DNA of 36,308 nucleotides from NCBI RefSeq assembly GCF_006345805.1, contig NW_021826213.1, forward strand, positions 1-36,308, read 5' to 3'. Positions 24,558 to 36,105 of the stretch are shown one piece after another (the stretch's first letter is position 1; each line of letters starts with the position of its first letter). The position numbers and the translations under genes were made by a program. The stretch comes from Octopus sinensis. Taxonomy: Eukaryota. The notes below the pieces were generated by a model, which was not told the DNA's origin, searched no databases, and saw only the letters and a program-made list of their open reading frames with translations.

Positions 24558-24643
24558 ACATTGCCCAAGGTGCCACGCAATGGGACTGAACCTGGAACCA
24601 TGTGGTTGGTAAGCAAGCTACTTACCACACAGCCACTCCTACA

Positions 24644-24697
<54 letters not shown>

Positions 24698-24704
24698 ATA
24701 TATG

Positions 24705-24738
<34 letters not shown>

Positions 24739-24888
24739 TTGTGTATGTACATATATATGTATTATATACAATATATACGACTGTATTCTTTCAGTTTACA
24801 TTACCCAGATCCATTCACAAAGCTTTGTTCGGCCCGGAACTATGTGGTTGGGAAGCAAATTTCTTACCACACAGCCAAGTCTGCGCCT
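24558..24888 (-). mobile_element. Two SINE family B 5' fragments (24558-24645 and 24771-24888) separated by (AT)n/(ATGT)n
   Basis: Both contain cttaccacacagcca; the second has an internal deletion. Confidence 0.85.
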
Positions 24889-25369
24889 ATTCAAATAATT
24901 CAACTAATCAACTGTTTCATTAATCGTTCGGCCACTCAAGCAACTGACTAGTTAATTGGTTAAATAGTTTAACAATCAACCAGGGTAAATAAGGAAGTAA
25001 CATGCAATCAGCGCGCGTATTCATTGTTGGCCTAATGACCCTTCTAATATTCAACGGATAGGTCTGTTTCAACAAACACTTTCACATCATGAATTTTGAA
25101 AACCGAAATAATAAATAAAGTTCTTCTTTGATGTCAAGTGAAATTTGTTGAGAAATGTTAAGCACAAGCTGTTGATTTGGTTTAGTATGAAGACTTGGTT
25201 AATCACTTTAACTGGCATAGTAATAGGAAAAACACATATTCCAAAGTAAGAAGGGGCAAGCTGGCAGTAAAGCAGGGTGTAAAGTTTCATGACTGAAATA
25301 TTTAAGTGAATTAATTATAATTACCAATAATTGAAAGTTGCTTGCTTTCAAATATGTATTTTCGCACGC

Positions 25370-25370
25370 C

Positions 25371-25435
<65 letters not shown>

Positions 25436-26025
25436 TCTATACGTACATATGTGTATTATAATGTATGTATATATATATGTATACATATATATATATAATA
25501 TATATATATATATATTATATATTATATATATATATATATATTCATATATATTCATATAATACATATGTGTGTATATATATATGTGTATATATATATATAT
25601 ACACAAACACACACACACACACACACATAATTATATAATGCGCAAACACACACGCAAACATACATTAAATACATACATACATGTATACATATATACATAT
25701 ATATAATGCACGTACACTCATACACACGTAGGTGTACACTCATGCACACACACACACACACACACGTGTGTATATATGCATGCATGCGTGTGTATGTGTG
25801 TGTGTGTGGTTGTACATACATGTATATACTTAAATATGACAAACAAATCTGTTTTGTTCTTTCACACGCACGTTATACGAATTCTTTTTGAAAGTGGTTA
25901 TGGTGTCTCATTTTCAACCACATGGTTCTGAGTTCGATTTCATTGTACAACTTACTAAGAAAGTGTTTTCTGATAGAACAGGTTTTGCTTATACTTTAAG
26001 AATAAAATGTTGCGTGCACCATCTA

Positions 26026-26068
<43 letters not shown>

Positions 26069-26132
26069 TATATATATATATATCATTATATTATCAACAT
26101 ACCGAACTACTTGGTAAAATTATTAACTATTA

Positions 26133-26175
<43 letters not shown>
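25370..26175. repeat. (AT)n/(AC)n compound microsatellite blocks
   Basis: Direct reading, interrupted by short unique stretches. Confidence 0.8.
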
Positions 26176-26181
<6 letters not shown>

Positions 26182-26737
26182 AATGAGGTGAAAAATTGAT
26201 ATTAATTTAATAATACCATTAATTTAACAACCGAGTGGCTTAGCAGAAAAAACTAGGGAGAAAATACAAATTTATACATAAATTATTAGAGAGTTACCAC
26301 TACGTGGATAGCTCTAGTGCTAAAAATAGCTCCGATGTTTCCAATTAGAAATAACATTACATTTAACGGAAGGAAAGTGAAATATAACGAATAAATAGAT
26401 TGACCCTGAACAATTGTTTCATTACTAATGTAAATGCAATTTTACTTACATAGACATCTATAAATCATCAGCAGAGGTTTGTCTTAAATACAATTTATCA
26501 GACCAACACGAGCGTCAAATTGCATTTTTAGTTATGCCTCAAATTCCCCGCGAAAAGCATGCTAAGACTCATTAGAAACGTATGCTGCATCAAATAAAAT
26601 AAAATACTGCCGCATAATTAAATTTATAAATTTATAAATGAGGGTGAAAAATTGATATTAATTTAATAATACCATTAATTTAACACCGAGTGGCTTAGCA
26701 CAAAAAAAAATAGGGAGAAAATACAAATTTATACATA
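26176..26737 (-). mobile_element. Element with ~105-bp direct terminal repeats (26176-26280 and 26631-26737); Penelope-like partial tandem pseudo-LTR
   Basis: tttataaatgag(g)gtgaaaaattgatattaatttaataatacc...tagggagaaaatacaaatttatacata is repeated about 455 bp apart; related to 13500-13560; embedded in (AT)n. Confidence 0.6.
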
Positions 26738-26886
26738 TGTATATATATATTATATATATATATATACTATATATATATATATATATTATATATATATATA
26801 TTATATTATATATAAGGCTTTGAATGACCCGTTGTCTGTTACGTTCGTCCCTTCGTGTATTTCACGTTATTTATTTATGTAAGGTT

Positions 26887-26988
<102 letters not shown>

Positions 26989-27027
26989 GAGTATTATTAT
27001 GGTTTTCATGGAGTATTGTCAGATATA

Positions 27028-27419
27028 TCTTTATATATAAAAGTGAGGTTGTGTGCTGTCTGTCTCCTACGATTTAGATTCCTAACTACTCCCACATTTT
27101 GCGGTGCAGTTTAACCAAAACCGGGTATCTTATAGTCGGGATTCATATCGAGCCCTTTGGGTATTAGCGCGCGTCTACGATGAGTCTACGATTAAAAAAA
27201 AATTTACCATCAATTTTCCCATTTTTAATGCATTTTTGGCATATATAAGGTAGTAACTCTCTAAAAATTTATTATTAAATTCAGAACGTAAAAAGCTACA
27301 GTAACACCCCACCCTTTGTGGTTAGCCATATTGAAATGGCTATTATACTTTACATCTCTAAAAATGCTTATATAGTTATTTCCCTTACAAAACCGAGCAA
27401 CGCCGGGCGATACTGCTAG
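27028..27419 (+). mobile_element. Non-autonomous Helitron, 392 bp
   Basis: 5' TC (A|TCtttatatataaaag), subterminal GC hairpin ccgagcaacgccgg at 27393-27406, 3' CTAG|T; inserted between A and T without a TSD. Confidence 0.8.
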
Positions 27420-27651
27420 TATATATATATAAATGATTTTAATTATATTTTGTTTTTAAACCAAAAGAATGCAAGTCATAAAAAAATTCTACTACAGGTC
27501 GATGGTAAAAATACTAATCGTCGACCTGTATTATTGATTTTTAGAAGTTGCATTGTTCTGGCTCTCGAAAAATATAATCAAAAACATTCACACATATACA
27601 TAAATCATTCCGTTTACAACTATTAATACTTTCCTTGATGTCAGCTATTGT

Positions 27652-28146
27652 CTTCTTCTTTTTCCAATCAGGACTAACGCCATTAGCAACAAAGAATAAT
27701 TTCTAATTCGAGCCTACTCTAAGCTACTAAGAATGCGTGTGGCAACTTGAAGATCCACCCACCACACGCGATAGACTGGCGGTTGCACGGGCGCGAAAGC
27801 TACGTTGTTATCCTCATTCCGTAAACGGTGGCTTTTTAACAGGTGGAGAGCAGTACCATCCTGGGGTACAGAGGATTCGCAATCTAGACTAGGGTCTGAA
27901 AGTTTTAACACACCATAGTGGGTTACACCATGGTTCCTCTGCTTTGTCGCAGATGTAGGAAGAAAGAGTGAGAGAAAATTGTGGTGAAAGAGTACAGCTG
28001 GGTTCACCCTCCCACCCCTGCCGGAGCCTCGTGGAGCTTAGATGTTTTTGCTCAATAAACACTCACAATGCCCGGTCTGGGATTCGAAACCGCGTTCTTA
28101 CGATCGCGAGTCCGCTGCCCTAACCACTGCTCCATTGCGCCTCTAC
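27652..28146 (-). mobile_element. SINE family C plus tail G, full length, probable 11-bp TSD
   Basis: tcagctattgt (27641-27651) versus tcagctgttgt (28147-28157), one mismatch; homologous to 5037-5556. Confidence 0.9.
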
Positions 28147-28399
28147 TCAGCTGTTGTTTGGTGTTTGTGTGTCCTATTCGTCCAAGCGACACATATATTC
28201 ACTGATTGTTGTACAAGTAATGAGAAATTAGTTGAGAGGCTATGATCGATGCCTGTGTTAAATAAACAGAAAGAACGAGTTTCGAATATGACCATATGAA
28301 TGTATATATATGCATGCATGCGTATATACATACATATATACGAAGTTAGTCAAAAACTAATGGAAATAAAATTGCATCACTTTCTGTCCCACCCTCGCA

Positions 28400-28693
<294 letters not shown>

Positions 28694-29777
28694 ATATTTG
28701 ATTTTCTTTAGCTGGTGAAAAATAACGAGTCTGCCCTCCTAGGGTTCAATAGCTTCGACCACAGTGATTGTTTGTGTTCTGTTGGGGAGCAGGAACATAT
28801 CTGGTCGGAGTGATGTTATGGCTATCGCCTTTAGGAAGATCAGTTTGAAAATTCACAGAGTATAACGACCAATCATCAAGGAAATATTGACCACCCTACA
28901 AAACCTTACATATTCACTCTTAATAACATAGCCATGTTCCACTATACCGGATCGTATTAAGAATGATCCAGTATAGTGATTTTCTATACTGAATTCTCGC
29001 TGGTTTCTATGCAGATGGCGATTTATTATCAGTGTTGTAGACATCAGCACGCATCAGCAAATAATTTGTTTGTTGAATTCTATAAAGAAGAGCCACAATC
29101 CTTGTTTAGACATTGATCCAGGAGTAGCTTTGACTGAGGAGACATAACCAGATCGAAACACTGCCGTGTCTCAAAATTCCCTTGTACCAATGAATTGTGT
29201 TATGAACACCGCATCGTTTCATTTTAACAGCGATTAGCATATTTACGTTCGAATCGGCCAGAACATGGTTCTCGTTAGTCTACGTACATATGATAAAAAA
29301 ATTACTAATTATGAATTTTCCCGAAATAAGTAAAGAAATGTCCTTAATACAGTATTAGATCCCTTTCCGTGGAGGCTTTTATAGACAATACTCAAACCTT
29401 ACACGCATACACACACACATCCCGTGCGCACACGGATGCACATACTCATACCCGCATGCACACAGACAAGCATTCGTATGTAGTGCTAAAATTGTTTCGA
29501 TATTAACGTTATTGATATTATGCGAGTTTGTTTTTCTTCAAGGCGGTTTCCTTGTTTACTTAAATATATCGTTTTCTTTATAACTCGCTATAAATAAGAA
29601 TAACGCATTTTCGCATTTTTCTTTTAATCTCTTGCGCTAGTTCCACATTGTTCATTTATATGTATACGTGTGTATATGTGTGCGTGTGAATATGTGTGTA
29701 GGTATGCGTATGGATATGTATGTATATATATATGTACGTATATACATATATATGTATGCATGTATATATATATATAA

Positions 29778-30098
29778 GACTCCGCCGGTTACGACGACGA
29801 GGGTCCCAGCTGATACGATCAACGGAACAGCTTGCTCGTGAAATTAACGTGCAAATGGTTGAACATTCCACAGACACGTGTACCCTTAACGTAGTTCTCG
29901 GGGATAATCAGTGTGACACAGAGAGTGACAAGGCTGACCCTTTGAAATACAAGTACAACTCATTTTTGCCAGCTGAGTGGACTGGAGCAACGTGAAATAA
30001 AGTGTCTTGCTCAAGGACACAACGCGTCGCCGGGAATCGAACTCACAACCTTACGATCATGAGCCGAATGCCCTAACCACTAAGCCACGCGCCCTCAC
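29778..30098 (-). mobile_element. SINE head D plus tail F, full length, flanked by a ~54-bp duplication
   Basis: GTGAGGGCGCGTGGCTTAGTGGTTAGGGC...GAGTTCGATTCCC head; tail ...cgtcgtcgtaaccggcggagtc; flanks 29723-29776 and 30112-30165. Confidence 0.9.
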
Positions 30099-30147
30099 TT
30101 ATATATATATATATATATATATGTACGTATATACATATATATGTATG

Positions 30148-30186
<39 letters not shown>

Positions 30187-30253
30187 GCACGCACACATTA
30201 TTATAGTCACACACACACACACACATACACACACACACACATATATATATATA

Positions 30254-30552
30254 TAAGTGGACATGCATTATGTAAGAAGATCCGCTATGGTCTAACCACT
30301 AAAAAAGGAATGTTCTCAAGAAAATTTAGCGAATTTGCTAAATTTTCTTGAGAAAATTCCTTTCTTAGTGGTTAGACCATAACGGATCTTCTTCTAGCAT
30401 AATGGATGTCCACTTACAGGTCATCATTCTTATATGTATGTAATATAATTTTTCTGAAACTTTAGATTTTTAAATATGCTAGACCACTGGTTTTTAATTG
30501 ATATTAATCAAATTAATATTCAATTTTTCAGCCTTATTATTTTAAATTTAAA
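30254..30552 (+). mobile_element. Penelope-like terminal fragment with an ~80-bp fold-back (30254-30416)
   Basis: 30337-30552 is the reverse complement of 13491-13700; 30254-30330 is an inverted copy of 30337-30416. Confidence 0.65.
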
Positions 30553-30563
30553 TTTACATGTAT

Positions 30564-30597
<34 letters not shown>

Positions 30598-30804
30598 ATA
30601 TATATATATGGATAGATAGATAGATAGATTGATAGATAGATATTGCTTCGGAATTAGAACACATCCCTCTCAAAGAAGTTCAAAAACAAAAAGAAAGAGC
30701 ATGTAAACAAAAGGAAAATAAACAAAAAAAACCCCCAAAACCTTGCTTATTCCAAAAAAGGGAACAAAAGTGAGTGGAATATAAACAAAGCGAACAACAA
30801 AACA

Positions 30805-31147
30805 TTATGTATCCATATATATACACACACACATACATACACACATATATATGTACGCACACTCATACATATATACAAGCATACACATATTGACTAATCC
30901 TTCTGCATTATTACATACATACATACGTACATATATATACATGTGTGTGTTTGTGTGTGTGTGTGTGAGTGTGTGTGTACTTGTATATGTATGTATATAT
31001 GTATGTATATATATATATATGTATTCATATATACATATGTATATATATATGTATATATGTATATATATACATATATATGTATATATATATATGTATAAAT
31101 ATATACATATATGATATATATATATATATATATATACATATACATAC

Positions 31148-31198
<51 letters not shown>

Positions 31199-31320
31199 TT
31201 ATATATATATATATATATAATATATATAATATATATATATATACATATGTATATGTGTATATATATGTGTGTACACATACATATATATGTATATATATGT
31301 ATATATATGTATATATGTAT
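30805..31320. repeat. (AT)n-rich compound microsatellite
   Basis: Direct reading. Confidence 0.9.
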
Positions 31321-31597
31321 TTTATTTTCGTTTTATTTCTTTAGTTCTATCTGTGTTCATTTATTGTTAGTAAAAAATTACTAAATCTTTTGTTTATCTA
31401 ACATTTTCAACTTTGTTTAAGTTGGCATTAGAAGTTCTGTGAATTCTAGATCTGATCTGGCATGAACTTTCTGGAACAATTTTAGATCACAACCTTTTAG
31501 GTGGGTTTGGGAGTTGTGAAGGAATTATTTTTGTTTGTTTGTTTGTTTGTTTGTTTGTGTTTTAATGTGGGGCTACTCCTCACCACACAACCTCTAC

Positions 31598-32059
31598 TGC
31601 CGCCGCCGCCGCCTCCACGCCGCCGCCTCCACCGCCGCCGCCTCCACCGCCGCCGCCTCCACCGCCGCCGCCTCACCGCCGCCGCCTCCACCGCCGCCGC
31701 CTCCACCGCCGCCGCCTCCACCGCCGCCGCCTCCACCGCCGCCGCCTCCACCGCCGCCGCCTCCACCGCCGCCGCCTCCACCGCCGCCGCCTCCACCGCG
31801 CCGCCTCCACCGCCGCCGCCTCCACCGCCGCCGCGCCTCCACCGCCGCCGCCGCCGCCACCGCCGCCTCCGCCGCCACCGCCGCCGCCGCCGCCACGGCC
31901 GTCACCACCGCCACCTCCACTGCCGTCTCAACCACGACTTCCACCGCTATCATTATCACCATTCTACAGCCCGCTGACTCTGACACCGCCGCCACCGCCG
32001 CCGCCACCACCACCACCACCACCACCACCACAACCACCATCCACCACCACCACCACCAC
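31598..32059. repeat. GC-rich 15-bp tandem repeat (ccgccgccgcctcca)n grading into (CCG)n/(CCA)n
   Basis: Direct reading; source of the poly-P/AASTA/RRRLH ORFs. Confidence 0.93.
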
Positions 32060-32402
32060 AAGCTACGTTGTTATCCTCATTCCGTAAACCGTGGCTTTTA
32101 ACGGGTGGAGGGCTGAACCATCCTGGGGTACAGAGGATTCGTAATCTAGACTAGGGTCTGAAAGTTTACCACACCATACATAGTGGGTTACACCATGGTT
32201 CCTCTGCTTTGTCGCAGAAGTAGGAAGAAAGAATGAGAGAAAGTTGTGGTGAAAGAGTACAGCTGGGTTCACCCCCCCCCGGAGCCTCATGAAGCTTAGG
32301 TGTTTTTGCTCAATAAACACTCACAATGCCCGGTCTGTGAATCGAAACCGCATTCTTACGACCGCGAGTCCGTTGCCCTAACCAGTGTGCCATTGCCCTC
32401 CA
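32060..32402 (-). mobile_element. SINE family C plus partial tail G
   Basis: Homologous to 27798-28146. Confidence 0.9.
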
Positions 32403-32863
32403 CTAGTGTTGTTGTTGTCGGTGGTGGTGATGTCAGTGGTCACGACAGTCCTGCTGTGGCGCTAGTGATAGTGTGGGCGGTAGTGCTAGTAGTGGTAGTG
32501 CTAGTATTGGTGGTAATGGTGGAGCTGGTGGTAGTTGTGGTGTTAATGGCGTTGGTCGTGCTGTCAGTGGAATTGATAGACTTGGTGCGATGATGGTGGT
32601 GACAGTTACTGGTTGTGACTGTTTTGTTGTTAGTTGTGCATTTGGTAGCATTGAGAGTGTTTGGTGAAGGCTTTGAGTATCTGTTGAGGACATTGATGTA
32701 GTGACTGTTGAGTGAATCGATTATCTCTAGACAACTTTGGAAGACATATAAAGGCTTTTAGTGCATATTGAGGGCTCTGATTGTCTGGAAAACTTTTCAA
32801 GTGTTGAGTTGACTGAAGAATCTGGAAATACGACTGTTGAGCTTAGAGAAAGAGAAAGAGAGT

Positions 32864-32899
<36 letters not shown>

Positions 32900-32950
32900 T
32901 ATATATATATATATATATAAGAAAGTTGGTTTGTGAAAGCACGTGGGTGA

Positions 32951-33496
32951 ATATATAAAAAATAGTAAAGAGTGAAAAAACGACAGAAGGCTTAAATGTT
33001 AAAAAATATATATATATTTGCGTCAAAATGTCTGAAGAGTATTAGAAAATTAAAAAAAAAAATTTTTGTCCCTTACAATGACGTAATTTTTAAAGAAAGA
33101 CCGGTTTCGCATTTAGCTTTTCAAATTTCTTGTGACGTTATGTTTATGTTGAATGACATAATTTTTAAAGAAAGACCGGTTTCGCATTTAGCTTTTCAAA
33201 TTTCTTGTGACGTTATTTTTATGATTCAACATAAACATAACGTCACAAGAATTTGAAAAGCTAAATGCGAAACCGTCTTTCTTTAAAAATTATGTCATTC
33301 AACATAAATATACGTCACAAGAAATTTGAAAAGCTAAATGCGAAACCGGTCTTTCTTTAAAAATTATGTCATTGTAAGGGACAAAATTTTTTTTTTTAAT
33401 TTTCTAATACTCTTCAGACATTTTGACGCAAATATATATATATTTTTTAACATTTAAGCCTTCTGTCGTTTTTTCACTCTTTACTATTTTATATAT
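32951..33496. repeat. ~545-bp palindrome; each arm contains two 75-bp tandem units
   Basis: The left arm 32951-33222 is the reverse complement of 33224-33496 with few differences; units start at 33077 and 33152. Confidence 0.93.
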
Positions 33497-33499
33497 ATA

Positions 33500-33587
<88 letters not shown>

Positions 33588-33649
33588 CCTAGTAGAACAT
33601 ATACGGCACCACATCCACGATAAATAATTAAATAAATAAATAAATAAAG

Positions 33650-33735
33650 CTGTCGCCGATGGGATTTGAACTCGGAGCGTCGCAAAGACCGGAAGGATAG
33701 CAGTTGGGCATTTGCTCGTCATTAATGATACCGCA
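33650..33735 (-). mobile_element. Old tRNA-SINE head fragment, family A-like
   Basis: Minus strand ...cgacgctccGAGTTCAAATCCcatcggcgac B-box. Confidence 0.5.
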
Positions 33736-34449
33736 AGAAAAAAAAAGTGAGCGATAAATAGATAGAGAGAGTGAAAGAGATAGGAGAGAGAGAGAGAAAG
33801 AGAGAGAGGGGGTGGGAGAGAAATCACCTTTCTCTCCCCTTCCTCCCCCACCTTTTCGCTCTCTGCTCGAGTTATGACAGGAATTTCGCAGTGATGGCCT
33901 CCCATTTAGTGTTGTTTCTTGGTTTTGTTTCTGTCATTTGGTTAGTCGGTTCTTAGATGGGATTTGGAGATAAACTGACATGTAAACAGTTGTTGTTCTT
34001 TTAGCGGTTGTTATTGTTGTTGTTCTTGTTGTCATCGTGGTTTCGTTTATTGTTTGTAGGAGGTTGTTCGCGAATGGATTTTCATGGAATTTAAACAAAC
34101 AAACGTACATAGTTACACACACGCACATACGCGCACACACACATCGACACACAGAGGAAAGTTATGTTTATCGCTACTTATACATGGTTGTTCCGAAGGG
34201 ACCGACGTTACTGTTATTTTTAACCCCAGAAGGACGCCTCCTCCAATTGGTTATTCGATGCAATCTGCACCCGATATATATTGCAAGCAGGGGAGTGAAC
34301 CCCTACCATCTTACAGCCTCAAGACCACCAGACCGTACGGTTTCGACCTCTTTGTGATCAGGCATATTTAAGTGGTGATAAACGTTACTTTTCAGCATAG
34401 TTACTGTTTTCATCTCTTATAGAGATTTTCTCTCTCTCTATCCCTCTCG

Positions 34450-34454
34450 CTCGC

Positions 34455-34538
<84 letters not shown>

Positions 34539-34540
34539 CA
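34450..34540. repeat. (ATCT)n microsatellite
   Basis: Direct reading. Confidence 0.95.
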
Positions 34541-35296
34541 TCCATTCATCCATCCAAGTCTGCGGGGGTAAAGAATGGCTATAAAAGAAATCTAGGTGAG
34601 CAGATATGGAGGCAATTTTGTGAATAAACAAGTAAAACTGCTTAGGTCTGATATTCAAAATATATATTTATATATATTTATTCATGTAAATAGAGAGAAG
34701 CAAAGGCTGAAATTTTTCAGGTGATGAATATTCAAATTCATATATCTTCATATTTATTTACAAAGCAAAGTTGCACAGAATAGAAAAACACAGAAAATTA
34801 AAAGATAGAATGTATGGTGTTACAAGTCGGACAGCTGTTTCTGTGGTGTTGGTGGGCTTGTAGTTACTTCATAATACTGACAGCTGTAGTCGACCAGAGT
34901 ATGCAACCAGTAATGGAAGCCAAAAGACATTGGACAGATCCGGCCTCCGTCTTCAGGGTGGAGAGATAAACATCTGACAATTCAGATCACGATGACTATT
35001 CTAGTTTTATCTTTTCCAACAAGTTTTCTTTTTCTTTCTTTTTTTTTTTTTTGTGTGTGTGTGTGTGTGTGTGTGGTTGTAAGCGGAAAAGTAAAACTAT
35101 GCAATTCTTTTCTCGGGTTTATAATGTGACATTGTTTTCGCTATCTACATTCCAAAGATGAAGCTTTGTATCTTTGTTAAAAACCAGCTTCTTCTTCAGA
35201 GGAAGGAAATGATTAAAAACAGAAAAGAACATCCATGCATGCATACATACATACATACAAACATACATACATACATACATACATACATACATACAT

Positions 35297-35616
35297 GGAA
35301 GCACTCCGTCGGTTACGACGACGAGTGTTCCGGTTGATCCGATCAACGGAACAGCCTGCTCGCGTAATTAACGTGTAAGTGGCTGAGCACTCCACAGACA
35401 CGTGTACCCTTAACGTAGTTCTCGGGGATATTCAGCGTGACACAGAGAGTGACAAGGCCGGCCCTTTGGAATACAGGTACAACAGAAACAGGAAGTAAGA
35501 GTGGAGCTTTAGGTGTTTTTGCTCAATAAACACTCACAACGCCCGGTCTGGGAATCGAAACCGCGATCCTACGACCACGAGTCCGATGTCCTAACCACTG
35601 GGCCATTGCGCATCCA
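35297..35616 (-). mobile_element. Chimeric SINE: head C plus tail F, internally deleted, inserted in (ACAT)n
   Basis: 35297-35480 matches the tail of 29778-29960; 35503-35616 matches family C heads. Confidence 0.88.
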
Positions 35617-36105
35617 CATACATACATACATACATACAAACATACATACATACATACATACATACATACATACATACATACATAAATACATACATACATA
35701 CATCATACATACATACATACATACATACATACATACATACATACATACATACATACATACATACATACATACGTATTCTTCATCAGAGGTCGTCGTTATT
35801 ACAAGGGAAAGTATATTTAAGGGAATTAAAAGAAATTAAAAATTTGAATTTGAAATTGAGAAATTATAAGGAAAAAAGATGCATAGAATTCTCGCATTTG
35901 TTTTATTTACTTATAACGAAAGTCGTAATATTTCTAGTTGGTAATAATCGAATATAGTACTATTTTATTCTTTCTATAAATTGGTAGCATGATATAACCT
36001 GTGATTTATTTAGGATTTTATGAAATGAAATATTTCATTAAAAGCAGAGATAATAAAGTAATTCATAGAAAGCGTATTATTATTTTTCTTCATAGAACTT
36101 TAGTA

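Noticed and set aside
31497-32101. Poly-Pro and AASTA-repeat ORFs
   Set aside because: Products of a 15-bp GC-rich tandem repeat lacking stop codons; they run into a SINE.
32727-33623. Two ORFs sharing the N-terminus MTQIYIYFLTFKPSVVFSLFTI
   Set aside because: Mirror products of the palindrome arms running into (AT)n; not paralogous genes.
35770-35800. CUGAUGAAG on the minus strand, like a hammerhead start
   Set aside because: Truncated by (ACAT)n; no GAAA box or stems remain.
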